Source: an uncultured candidate division Zixibacteria bacterium
GTDB taxonomy: Bacteria > Zixibacteria > MSB-5A5 > GN15 > FEB-12
Direction of reading: 5' to 3'
NCBI GenBank assembly: GCA_963735035.1
Contig: CAVTJJ010000003.1
Location: 320,001-384,000 of the forward strand
DNA: 64,000 nucleotides
Made by a program: the position numbers and the translations under genes. The notes beneath the pieces are model-generated. The model was not told the DNA's origin. It saw nothing but the letters and a program-made list of their open reading frames with translations, and did not search any database. This document shows, one piece after another, positions 1-9,792 of this stretch. Every line of letters begins with the position of its first letter. Positions within the stretch are counted from its first letter, which is position 1.

Positions 1-729
1 CGATCCCTCGATTCTTACCAGGCGGCCGTCACGAAGTATCGGTACGATCGGCATGGAATCGACCCGGCTACAAAGCGCAACATCAGTGGCCATTCCCAGA
101 GAAGCCAGAAACCGCCCGTGCTCTCCCCCGGCAATCGCCTCTTTGAGCTTGTCTTTTCTTTCGCGATAGAGCAATCGGGCCAACTCGCCGGCATCGTCGA
201 GCTTGATTCCCTCGCTCTGTCGCGCAGCCAGCATGTCGATCAGGAAACCGCCGCACAAAGTATCTTCAATGGAAAAGCCCCCCTCGCGCCCCGAGCACAC
301 GATCACCGAGTCCTGAGCCAACCTGGCAACTTCTTCCGCGATGCTGGTGATATTCACCAGAGCGCCGGAATAAACCTGGCCGGCTCCCGTGGTCATACCG
401 AAGACCCCGGTGCCGTTGGTCGTACACAGAATGACATTCTTGCCGGCGACAGTCGCGGGAGTGAACTCGGCGGGCGAGTTGCCGAACTGAAAGTTCTCGA
501 TCTTGACCCCGTTGCGTTCCCCTGCCACGACCGAACCTTCCGAACCCAACTTGGCCCGCAGCTCTCCGGCCTCGCCGGGCTCAGCGACCGGGATGACTCC
601 CCGCGCCCCGGCCTGAAGCGAAGCACATATCGTGGTTGATGAGCGAAGCACGTCGATTACGACCACGGTCTTGCCTTCGAGCTCAACGTGATCAAGGGTG
701 TGGGGCGTCAAGAGTAGCTGAACATTCAT
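1..729 (-). CDS. comB: 2-phosphosulfolactate phosphatase (ComB family), 3' end runs off the window
   Basis: Missing from the ORF track because there is no stop in the window. Manual translation from ATG 729: MNVQLLLTP...VVVIDVLRSSTTI...GERNG...FGNSP...CTTNGT...FSIEDTLCGG...HGRFL, typical ComB motifs. Starts 10 nt after gcvT. Confidence 0.9.
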   Translation of the reverse strand, partial: MNVQLLLTPHTLDHVELEGKTVVVIDVLRSSTTICASLQAGARGVIPVAEPGEAGELRAKLGSEGSVVAGERNGVKIENFQFGNSPAEFTPATVAGKNVILCTTNGTGVFGMTTGAGQVYSGALVNITSIAEEVARLAQDSVIVCSGREGGFSIEDTLCGGFLIDMLAARQSEGIKLDDAGELARLLYRERKDKLKEAIAGGEHGRFLASLGMATDVALCSRVDSMPIVPILRDGRLVRIEGS

Positions 730-738
730 CCGGCAACC

Positions 739-1848
739 TCAGCGATGCGATGCATTCTTATAGAACGGCGGCTTTACTACCTTGGCCGCAAAACGCTTGT
801 CTCGAATGGCAATTTCCACGGTGCTGCCGATCTTGGATTTCTCGGTGGTGACATACCCCATCGCGATCGGTATCTGCAGCGACGGCGAGAACGTCCCCGA
901 TGTTACATGGCCGATCTTTGCGGCCCCGTCGAAAATATCGAAACCGTGCCGGGGGACATTGCGTCCTTCCATCTCCAGACAGACCAGGCGGCGTTTCGGC
1001 TTTTCTTCTTTCTGACGGGCGATTACCGGCTTGCCAATGAAATCCTTGTCGGTATCGACAATCCAGCCGAGGCTGGCTTCAATCGGCGTGGTGGTCTGGT
1101 CAATGTCGTTGCCATAAAGGGCCATCTTCATTTCCAAACGAAGCGTGTCGCGCGCTCCGAGACCAATGTATTCCATGCCCAGCTTCTTGCCGGCTTTGTT
1201 GACCGCGTCCCACAAGGCCTCACAATGTTTGGGCGGGATGTACATCTCGAAACCGTCCTCACCGGTATATCCGGTGCGGGAAAAGAAAAGCTCGATTCCA
1301 GCCACTTTGGCCGTGGCGTGATGATAGTACGGGATCGAATCGAGATTGTAGTCGGTCAGAGCACTCATCACTTTCTGAGCGTTAGGGCCCTGAATCGCCA
1401 GCAAGCCGTAGTCGTCGGAACGGTTCACGAAATCGACTTTGCCGCTCAGATGTGATTTCAGCCAGTCGAAGTCCTTCTGGATATTGGAGGCATTGACGAC
1501 TAGAAAGAAGCTCTGCTCGCCGGTGCGATAGACCAGGAGGTCATCGACAATACCGCCTTCGGCGTACGGCATGCAATTGTACTGGATCTGGCCGATCTTG
1601 AGACTGGCGACATTATTGGTGGTGGTCTTCTGCAGGAACGCCAGGGCGTCGGGACCTGAGACGGTGAACTCGCCCATGTGTGACAGGTCGAAGAGGCCGA
1701 CATTTTGGCGGACGGCCAGGTGCTCGACCTGTATCCCTTTGTACTGCACCGGCATAAGAAAACCGGCGAAGTCTACTACTTTGGCGCCGGCATCAACATG
1801 ATACTGATAGAAGGGGGTTTTTACTGCGGGTTGGTTACTATGGCTCAT
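739..1848 (-). CDS. gcvT: Glycine cleavage system aminomethyltransferase T
   Basis: KTPFY, FAGFLMPVQY, GLFDLSHMGE, SRTGYTGEDGFE, GLGARDTLRLE motifs. Confidence 0.97.
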   Translation of the reverse strand: MSHSNQPAVKTPFYQYHVDAGAKVVDFAGFLMPVQYKGIQVEHLAVRQNVGLFDLSHMGEFTVSGPDALAFLQKTTTNNVASLKIGQIQYNCMPYAEGGIVDDLLVYRTGEQSFFLVVNASNIQKDFDWLKSHLSGKVDFVNRSDDYGLLAIQGPNAQKVMSALTDYNLDSIPYYHHATAKVAGIELFFSRTGYTGEDGFEMYIPPKHCEALWDAVNKAGKKLGMEYIGLGARDTLRLEMKMALYGNDIDQTTTPIEASLGWIVDTDKDFIGKPVIARQKEEKPKRRLVCLEMEGRNVPRHGFDIFDGAAKIGHVTSGTFSPSLQIPIAMGYVTTEKSKIGSTVEIAIRDKRFAAKVVKPPFYKNASHR

Positions 1849-1972
1849 ATCTATTATCTACCGTAGGTTAGGTTCGTTATTCTCGCCTAATAAACGGCGC
1901 AACCGAGCCAAGTCAATAGCTATGTCCCGACGGCGTGACTTCTTACGGTACAACGATTTGAGCGAACGTCCC

Positions 1973-2251
1973 TTACCCTCGCGTCAGGTGCAATGCGATT
2001 GCTACCAATGCGAACACCAGTGCGGCATTGATTGAGATAAGCCAGTGATAGTAAAGCGGTCCGGTTCGGCCGGTCTCTTCGCGAGTGATCTTCCGGTAGC
2101 GGTGGGCATAAATGGGCGCCATTACGCGCAGCCAAATGAAACTGACCGAGACTCCGCGACGGCGAAACCAGTCGTAGATCCTGATGCTGATAAACACGTT
2201 CCAGAAGACACAGGCTACGGCCAGTACCAAATAGACGACGGCGAGCGACAT
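1973..2251 (-). CDS. Small membrane protein, hypothetical (~92 aa)
   Basis: ATG 2251 after GAAGGAGG RBS; hydrophobic helices at both ends. Confidence 0.7.
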   Translation of the reverse strand: MSLAVVYLVLAVACVFWNVFISIRIYDWFRRRGVSVSFIWLRVMAPIYAHRYRKITREETGRTGPLYYHWLISINAALVFALVAIALHLTRG

Positions 2252-2307
2252 AGGAAACCTCCTTCTTCTAAAGAGAGGTACTACCTTTATCGGGTGTTTA
2301 TTCGGAC

Positions 2308-2493
2308 GTAGGTCGGGCGGATTTGACGCCCGACATAAACGTGCCCGGCAGATGCCTACATATGCCTGCAAGAAAGTGGAGCAGTCTTCCTTGTCGGTAG
2401 CGGCGAGAAACCGACACTTTGACGGTGTGACAAAACCCCCCTTGGGTATGGTACCGAAGATAGCGTGTCAGGCGTCAAGTCCGCCTGACCTAC
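2308..2493. repeat. Inverted pair of GTAG-type REP palindromes (REPIN-like) plus a degenerate GTGCCCGGCAGATG repeat
   Basis: GTAGGTCGGGCGGATTTGACGCCCGAC at 2308 and GTCAGGCGTCAAGTCCGCCTGACCTAC at 2467. Same family at 31743, 31781, 31835 and 37041. Confidence 0.8.
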
Positions 2494-3014
2494 GCGTCGC
2501 CTGATATCATACAATTGATGTACGGCACGAAATGCCCCACATACCGCGCTTGAAGATCAGCCCGTCGCCAATCGTCCCCGGTGATTCGATGACGACACAG
2601 TGGCGAGCCGCATCGACACGGATCGAGTGACCACGACGGGTCGCACTCCCAGAGGGCATAATCGACCGTGAGTTCTTCGCCGGGGGCGATATCGCAGCGC
2701 GCGGTCAACGTTATCTCGTCGCGCATCCATAGATTGGGGTCACAGGAATGGTTGATGTGATAGTCTACGGCTGTAGTTGTGTCGGGCGGATCGGCGAGAT
2801 AAAGCCCTTCGGCGAGAACCGAAATTGTGCCCGGCTTCGCCTTACCGGCCTTGATTTCGGCCTTGGAGTAAACCGTCCCGCCCCACTTGAGGACGACTTC
2901 GCCCTTCGCAATCGCCCTGACCGCGAACATCCCGCGTCCGTGAGTATCCGATTCACGAACGACCGCCTTGCGGCTGATCCAGGGTTCGAGTATTTGACCG
3001 GGGGTGAATATCAT
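2490..3014 (-). CDS. SET-domain protein (lysine methyltransferase-like) with post-SET Cys motif
   Basis: GRGMFA, INHSCDPN, GEELTVDY, CRCGSPLCR. Confidence 0.9.
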   Translation of the reverse strand: MIFTPGQILEPWISRKAVVRESDTHGRGMFAVRAIAKGEVVLKWGGTVYSKAEIKAGKAKPGTISVLAEGLYLADPPDTTTAVDYHINHSCDPNLWMRDEITLTARCDIAPGEELTVDYALWECDPSWSLDPCRCGSPLCRHRITGDDWRRADLQARYVGHFVPYINCMISGDA

Positions 3015-3202
3015 CTTGTGGGCGGCAGGCGTCCTCGCCTGCCCCTTTCTATCTGCCTGACCCGTGGCTGGGTGTCAACTTTGTATCTAGCGAAGACAAT
3101 AAACAATTCCCCGACTGTTGACGTCAATATCCAAAGGCCCGAGAAAATAAGTAGACAACGGAAGTAAGAATGACATCTAGTACTTCCAAGGAGTTACAAC
3201 AT

Positions 3203-5259
3203 ATGGAGAAGAGAACTGCAATCATCGTGATGTGCTTAGTTCTTCAAAGTTTCACCCAACTGTTTGCTCAAGAATCATCGAAACAACAGGACAAATTGAT
3301 TCCGGAGTCGGCGGCGTATATGGGACAAACGCCGCCCGGGGACTCCGCAATCGTGTTTGCTCCCGACATTATCTCTACGGATAGCATTTTTGTAGGGACG
3401 TCGACATTCTCCCAAGACGGTCGGGAGTTCTATTTCGCCGTTACCAACAACAGGTGGGATCATTTTGAAATCTGGTCCACAAAATTCATAGACGGCAAAT
3501 GGTCGATCCCTGCCAAAGACGCTTTCCTGGACGATTCGCTCCAACTTGATGAATTGGAACCGTTCATTGCACCTGACGGCAATCGCATCTATTTCAATGC
3601 CGGTAATGCCGCCAATACGGATATCTGGTATTGCGAGAGAATGGGCACAGCCTGGGGGAAACCTACAAAATTGTCTGATATGATCAACACTTCAGATCTC
3701 GAGTGGTATCCCACAATATCCGGGAAGAATACTCTGTATATTGCGAGGAACGGTGACATATATCGTTCCACTTTTCAAGATGGGCAGTTTCAACAAGGCG
3801 GAAAAGACTCGATTGCCCGGTGAATTCAACCGACGGCGATGGGGATCCTTTCATATCACCGAATGAAGACTATCTGATATTTCAATCTCATCGTTCGGGG
3901 GGCTTTGGGCAGGCTGATTTGTACATCAGCTACAAGAAAGAAGATGGCTCCTGGACCAATCCCAGGAATCTCGGGCCAAAGATTAACACGAGTGAGTTTG
4001 AGAATGCTCCTTCGGTGACACAGGACGGCAAGTATCTCATGTTTACACGAAGAGAACAATGGCTGACGGAAAAACCATCGAAGATATGCTGGGTTTCCTC
4101 AGACTTTATAGTGCGCCTCAAGCACACGAATTGTGTTCCCTATGCGTGCAAACAAGTGAAGAATCAAACGTGCGTAGTTGGGCAGCCATTCAGCATTGTT
4201 ATTCCCGACGATACATTCATCGATGATGACGGTTACAACACCTTGACTTATTCGGCCGTGCTCGCCAATGGTGGCCAATTGCCTTCGTGGATAAGCTTCA
4301 ATCAGAAGTCCGTCACATTATCGGGCACACCGACCCAGGTAGGGATGGTTAGTATAAAGATCATCGCTACCGACACTGCCGGAGCGGCTGCTTCAACAAC
4401 ATTCTTACTGTCGGCGACCGATATGGCGGCCAAGCCCCAGCCCAAAGGAGTTTACTTCGGTCAGAGCTTGCCGGGAGAATTACCGGTGCTTTTCGCGCCT
4501 GAGATTCTTAACTCGGTCAGTGCGTGGGTGGAAGCCACGGGTTTCTCTCCGGATGGGACTCACTTCCTCATGGCGGTGGGTGACGCATCTTATTCAAGTA
4601 CGAGACTCTACTATTCGAGATGTGTTGACAGCGTATGGACGCCCTTTGTCGACGCCCCTTTCATCTCGGATTTTACCTTTTCACACGAACCCCACTTTGC
4701 GAAGAACGGCACCACTCTCACATTCACCGGAAAGAGTGCGACCGGGTCGCAGGATCTCTGGATGGTTCCCTATCGAGACACAATTTGGGGCCAGCCCATT
4801 GCGCTGCCGTCACCGATCAACAGTGACGCCAAAGAATGGCGCGGTAGCAGCACGTTGGATGGCATCGTATACTTCGGCTCGGATCGTGCCAAACCCGGAA
4901 TGAACCAATTGTACAAGGCCTACCGGGATTCCAGCCAACAGTGGGTTGCCGAGCAACTGGGGGCGCCCATCAATATGAATTCTTACGAAGGCGATCCCTG
5001 TGTTGCTCCGGATGGACGTTTCCTCATTTTCTATTCAGCTCGCGGTGGCATCAGTTCCGATCTATACGTGTGCTTCAGTGACGGCAACGGAGGATGGAGT
5101 GAACCCATTCTTCTTGGACCTGATTTCAATACTGCGAGCGACGAGTATGGCGCGCATCTGTCCTCTGATGGGAAGTATCTTTTCTTTACGCGCCACACTT
5201 TGAAGGGGAATAGTATTTTCTGGGTTGCAACTTCGGCGATTGATAAGCTTAAGAAGTAG
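3203..5259 (+). pseudogene. Secreted PD40 (TolB-like) beta-propeller protein with a central He_PIG Ig-like domain; split by a frameshift near 3800
   Basis: Signal peptide MEKRTAII... after AAGGAG RBS. PD40 repeats (FSQDG, PFIAPDG, PFISPNE, PCVAPDG) continue across ORFs 3170-3823 and 3820-5259. LTYSAVLANGGQLPSWISFN...LSGTPT is an He_PIG signature. Confidence 0.75.
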
Positions 5260-5289
5260 TTCCGATTTCGTAGCGGTCTGCAATTTCAC

Positions 5290-5378
5290 GTGCCCGGCAG
5301 ATGCCCACATCTGCCGGCGAATCAACAACGTCGAAACCCCGCCGCAGCGGGCAGGCAGAGGGGTTTCAGCCTATGACG
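5290..5378. repeat. REP-like palindrome cluster
   Basis: GTGCCCGGCAGATGCCCACATCTGCCGG followed by a GAAACCCC...GGGGTTTC hairpin. Confidence 0.7.
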
Positions 5379-5380
5379 AC

Positions 5381-7075
5381 TCAAGGAATTGGGTTTTCAG
5401 GCCGTACGGATGTCTTCACAGAACCAGCCCTTCGCGCGCGACGAACAAGCCCTCGTCGAAGGTATAGACCTATGAGCAGCCCTGCCACCAGTCCGCCTAC
5501 ATGCGCAGAGTTGTCAATCCAGGGAGTGACGGCACCGAGCACGAGAGTCAGTACCACGCTTGGTGCAATGTAGAAAGCATATCGGGTCTGATCAACAAGC
5601 CGTCTGTGCCTCGGGATGGACAGACTGAATAGAACACCGAACATTCCAAAGATCCCGCCAGACGCTCCTATCGCCATAGAATCTGCATGGCACAAGAGAC
5701 TGACAATGCCGGCAATCAACCCCGTCACCAAGAATGAAAGAACAAACTTGCGCCACTTCAAGAGCCGTTCCAGAGAGAGACCAGCCAGAACAATCCCAAA
5801 GAGATTATTGATCAGGTGAGGGAAACTACCGTGAAGGAACATCGCCGTGATAAGCCTCCACCATTCCCCGGACAGAATCGCCTGGCGATTACAGGCTCCC
5901 CACTCAATAAGTGGATCCGAGTCAGAGAAACCGGCATAGAAGCCAGATGCTGTCTGAGCTCCGAAAATGGCAATGATGAGCCATATGAGAAGAGGAGTGG
6001 CGACGTAATCTCCCTGCAAGAACATAAAACTAACTGCATCTCTAATGTCACTGTCCTTAGATGACCTCCCCTGCCGCACACTCTTCAACTCCTCTTCATC
6101 CACGAGCGGCACCATAACCATGGCAAGCCAGATCAGTGCACCTCCAGCGAAAGTTCCTATCAGCCACACAAGAGAACGCCCTGTTCTGGATTCATATGGA
6201 TTGTCGAGAGGAATCAAAATAATCGGATCACCGCTTTCTTCGACAATTCCGCTCCTTAGAACGGCGTCCTTGAATCCATCCAAGTCCGCACAAGGCCCTA
6301 TTCTCTCGAAGAGAGGGATTGCTCTAATGTCCTTTTGGAGAATATCCTTGTAGGATTGGTGAACTAATTTGTTATAAGCGACGTTCTGGGCGGAGTCTGA
6401 AAGCAACCGACTCACCTCTTTCCTATACTTCAGGCCAAGCCATACCATGCTTGTAGTCGGGTTTGCCGACAAGCAAGAGTCTGACAGAGGCATCGCAAAG
6501 TATAAAGACAGTTCAAGTCTGTTTCCCATCCTCCCCATCAACTTGGTTCGCAGCGACAAACCCCAGTTGGTAGTGTCAATTTCCAGGTCGTCTACGGTGT
6601 AGTACTTAGAATTCTCAGCCGCGGCAATACCGCTGATATGGTTTAGGTGCGTGAGACGGCCTGTTGCAGTAGTCATATATTGCTGAGCAATTATGACTGG
6701 CACAGACAAAACTATCGTTGCAGCCATCAAGAAACCAAAATGTGGATCATTATAATTGGATTTGGAGACAAATTTGAGCACTCCGACTTTGGGTCTCAGC
6801 CAGAACAGGACAATCGCTACTGTCAGAATCAGAGGCAGCCAAAACTGTAGAATATTCTTGTCCAGCGTAATCAGTCTTGTTTGGATGACAAAGAACCAAT
6901 GGGCCAGGGTGTACAGGACCACTAATGTTACCAACACGAACAGAAACGGAAGGTATATGACTTCCATCTTCTCCCGGAATGCGCCCCGGCGGATGCGTCG
7001 TCCCTTTTCTGCCGAGGCTTTCTTCTTGGGGCTTCTTGATTTCTTGCTGTCGTCGTGAGTTCCGGCTACTCCCAT
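5381..7075 (-). CDS. Rhomboid-family intramembrane serine protease with long N-terminal membrane/periplasmic extension
   Basis: WWRLITAMFLH, HLINN, GASGGIFG (catalytic Ser), AHVGG (catalytic His). Start codon uncertain. Confidence 0.9.
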   Translation of the reverse strand: MGVAGTHDDSKKSRSPKKKASAEKGRRIRRGAFREKMEVIYLPFLFVLVTLVVLYTLAHWFFVIQTRLITLDKNILQFWLPLILTVAIVLFWLRPKVGVLKFVSKSNYNDPHFGFLMAATIVLSVPVIIAQQYMTTATGRLTHLNHISGIAAAENSKYYTVDDLEIDTTNWGLSLRTKLMGRMGNRLELSLYFAMPLSDSCLSANPTTSMVWLGLKYRKEVSRLLSDSAQNVAYNKLVHQSYKDILQKDIRAIPLFERIGPCADLDGFKDAVLRSGIVEESGDPIILIPLDNPYESRTGRSLVWLIGTFAGGALIWLAMVMVPLVDEEELKSVRQGRSSKDSDIRDAVSFMFLQGDYVATPLLIWLIIAIFGAQTASGFYAGFSDSDPLIEWGACNRQAILSGEWWRLITAMFLHGSFPHLINNLFGIVLAGLSLERLLKWRKFVLSFLVTGLIAGIVSLLCHADSMAIGASGGIFGMFGVLFSLSIPRHRRLVDQTRYAFYIAPSVVLTLVLGAVTPWIDNSAHVGGLVAGLLIGLYLRRGLVRRARRAGSVKTSVRPENPIP

Positions 7076-7149
7076 GCTGGAATGATAGCTCCCCGATTGG
7101 GTTTCGTCAATCAACAAGTCACACCAGGCGAATATGGCCCCCGATAGAG

Positions 7150-7286
7150 TCGGGAGCAGACATCAGCCGGGCACGCTGACATCATCCACCAACCCACAGC
7201 AAGCTGTGGGGTGCCAATTGATACGGCAGGGATGGAACCCTGCCGATCACGAAACCTACCACCCTTCGACAAGCTCAGGGTGACTT
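7150..7286. repeat. Mosaic REP cluster
   Basis: CATCAGCCGGGCAC, CCCACAGCAAGCTGTGGG, CGGCAGGGATGGAACCCTGCCGATCAC and CCCTTCGACAAGCTCAGGGTGAC. 7224-7286 recurs at 8621-8707. Confidence 0.85.
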
Positions 7287-7303
7287 GCGCGACGATCCGG
7301 TGG

Positions 7304-8443
7304 TCACCGTTCGGTAATCTTGATATTCTCCGGCGGCAGAAATAGACTATAGTCGAAACCTAGACCGGATTGGTAATCGTCGTAAACGACGGTGACCCAC
7401 GAACCGTCCGGTCCTTTTCTAGTGACCTCATAAAGCAACCCTGTCTTCTTGTTGATATACAAGTGCAGCAGCCAGTAATACCGGGGTAGCTCATACGCCT
7501 CGCACCACACTCCGTCCACCAGTTGATCGGCAAGCCTTCGGGCACCGTGGTAGGCAAAGAAGGCTTGTTCCCGGCCGAATTCGAGCGGCTTCAATCCATC
7601 GTCCTTCCACTCGTTGAACACCGGGCAGACGGTATTGAAGGTGGGACCAGGGTCGAGAGAATGCCTACCGATTTTGTCGAAGAGATTGATCAGCCACATA
7701 TTCGGCTCGTTCATGACTGTGAGTTTGTGCACGTTTGTGGCCGGATTGGGCGGTTCCTCAGCCCGAGCATACTTCTCGCCCGCCCTCCAAATTGTAGTGG
7801 GTTGCGCCTTCACAGAGTTGATCTCGATGTGAGGTGAGACATATCGATAAGTGATCTTAACCATCTTCGCGGTGTCGCTCAGGAGGCCGAGCGGCGCTCC
7901 GCCGAGCGATTCGTCGGGCGCGAACACACGTGCATGCTTGAATATGTCCATCCACTTCAGCATATTCGTTCCGAACGTTTTCCGATCCTTGGCAGAGTAC
8001 CAGAACGAATGAACAAATTGCCTGCCTACTATGAATCCAAACAGCATGTACTCAGGTTTGGCCTGTGCCTTACAGTTTTCAGGATTCCAACTGCAAATGA
8101 TAAGGCTGTCGCTCGTGAAAAGGACCTTCCAGATTCCTTCCGGGCATGTCTTTATGGCGTTATCGCGGTGGTGGTCCCGGGCGAATTCAACGACGCCGGG
8201 TGAACGATAGACCGGGAACGACATAGTGGAAACGAGTTCGGTCCAGTTTTCGATATCTTCTCCCCTGAGAATGTACTCTACAAGGCCCTGCTCCCGATCG
8301 GCGTAACAAGAGGCCGCTATCCACTCGCGACCATCGAAATCCACAACGACGCGTTCGTCTAAGAACTCACCGTATGATGATGTGGCTGCTACGAAGAGTG
8401 TTGCCACGATCATTACAGCCAGATTCAGTCGGTGCACGCGCAT
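7304..8443 (-). CDS. Hypothetical secreted protein
   Basis: ATG 8443 after AGGAGG; signal peptide MRVHRLNLAVMIVATLFVAATSSYG; no family recognised. Confidence 0.75.
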   Translation of the reverse strand: MRVHRLNLAVMIVATLFVAATSSYGEFLDERVVVDFDGREWIAASCYADREQGLVEYILRGEDIENWTELVSTMSFPVYRSPGVVEFARDHHRDNAIKTCPEGIWKVLFTSDSLIICSWNPENCKAQAKPEYMLFGFIVGRQFVHSFWYSAKDRKTFGTNMLKWMDIFKHARVFAPDESLGGAPLGLLSDTAKMVKITYRYVSPHIEINSVKAQPTTIWRAGEKYARAEEPPNPATNVHKLTVMNEPNMWLINLFDKIGRHSLDPGPTFNTVCPVFNEWKDDGLKPLEFGREQAFFAYHGARRLADQLVDGVWCEAYELPRYYWLLHLYINKKTGLLYEVTRKGPDGSWVTVVYDDYQSGLGFDYSLFLPPENIKITER

Positions 8444-8544
8444 CTTTCCTCCTGTTGTATCTAACTCAAAGTAATGTCTGAACATTCAACGATAACGCAA
8501 GGACGATTCGAGCCCGACTTGGCGGATCGGGCACGTTTCGGTTT

Positions 8545-8707
8545 CACGTTTCGACAGGCTCAGGGCGACTTACGGCTATCACACCCGGCAGATGTGGACA
8601 TCTGCCGGGCACTTGTCAAGCGGCAGGGATGGAACCCTGCCGATCACGAAACCTACCACCCTTCGACCCTTCGACAAGCTCAGGGCAGGCTTAGCTCAGG
8701 GTGACTT
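8545..8707. repeat. Mosaic REP cluster containing a nested repeat
   Basis: TTCGACAGGCTCAGGGCGAC, CCCGGCAGATGTGGACATCTGCCGGGCAC and a direct copy of 7224-7286 carrying a 25-nt nested insert at 8668-8692. Confidence 0.85.
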
Positions 8708-8712
8708 ATGTC

Positions 8713-9744
8713 CTACTTCCCGAACAGCGACTTGCCGTCGGACTTCAGGTCCTTGCAGGCCTGCGCCACCCGCTCCGACATCCCCTTCTCAGCCGCCTTC
8801 AAATACGCCCGAGGATCAAACTTCTTCTTGTCCGCCATCTTCTCCGCCGAATGCGTCAGGTCTTTCTGGTTCTCGATCATGTGCTTGAGAATCGGCTGCG
8901 TGAAATGATACTGCGTGTCCGTGTCGACATTCATCTTCACCACGCCGTACTCAAGCGTCTCATGAATGTCCGCCAGCTCCGAGCCCGACCCGCCGTGGAA
9001 GACCAGATCGAACCGCGCCTGGTCACCGAACTTCTTCTTCAGCGCATCCTGGCCGTCGCGAAGGATTTTCGGCTTGAGCACCACATTCCCCGGCTTGTAG
9101 ATGCCGTGAACATTGCCGAACGTCGCGGCGACCATGTAGCGACCGCCCACCGGCTTGAGCGCTTCGTACACTTTCACCATGTCTTCCGGCGTCGTGTAGA
9201 GCTTCTCTTTGCCGACCGACGTGTTGTCGAGACCGTCTTCTTCGCCACCAACCACACCGATTTCGACTTCGAGAATTATGTCAACCTCTTTGCACGCCTT
9301 GAGAAGATCGACCGCCATCTTCATGTTCTCGCCGATAGCGAGCTCGGACCCGTCGAACATGTGCGACTGGAACAGAGTGTTCTGCCCGGCGGCGTGCAGC
9401 GCGGCGGACGCCTCGATCAGCGGCTTGACAAACGCATCCCACTTCTTCGGCACGCAATGGTCGGTGTGCATGGCTACGAAGATCTTGTAGTGCTCGGCCA
9501 TCCGATGCACATGCTCGGCGATAGACATCGCCCCCTCGGCCATGTTCTTGACATTGAGCCCCGACGCAAACTCGCCACCGCCGGTCGAGACCTGGATGAT
9601 CCCGTCGGAACCGGAATCGGCGAATCCTTTCAGCGCGGCGTTGGCGGTTTCGGTCGAGGTGACGTTGATCGCCGGGAAGGCGTAGTGTTTCGCCTTCGCG
9701 ACGTCAAGCATCTGGCGGTATATTTCAGGTGTTGCTACCGGCAT
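8713..9744 (-). CDS. fbaA: Fructose-bisphosphate aldolase class II
   Basis: AFPAINV, HTDHC, SHMFDGS, EIGVVGGEEDG, FGNVHG, VFHGGSG, KMNVDTD. Confidence 0.97.
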   Translation of the reverse strand: MPVATPEIYRQMLDVAKAKHYAFPAINVTSTETANAALKGFADSGSDGIIQVSTGGGEFASGLNVKNMAEGAMSIAEHVHRMAEHYKIFVAMHTDHCVPKKWDAFVKPLIEASAALHAAGQNTLFQSHMFDGSELAIGENMKMAVDLLKACKEVDIILEVEIGVVGGEEDGLDNTSVGKEKLYTTPEDMVKVYEALKPVGGRYMVAATFGNVHGIYKPGNVVLKPKILRDGQDALKKKFGDQARFDLVFHGGSGSELADIHETLEYGVVKMNVDTDTQYHFTQPILKHMIENQKDLTHSAEKMADKKKFDPRAYLKAAEKGMSERVAQACKDLKSDGKSLFGK

Positions 9745-9792
9745 AATTTAGTCTCCATCCGTCTATCAAAAATCCGTTTAGTATTCATATCC

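Noticed and set aside
1849..1972. Glycine riboswitch upstream of gcvT
   Set aside because: The region is short and lacks the GGAGA...CCGAAG...CUCUCAGG core.
1973..8707. Integron cassette array
   Set aside because: Mixed gene orientation, no RYYYAAC...GTTRRRY attC pairs at gene ends and no integrase; the spacers are REPs.
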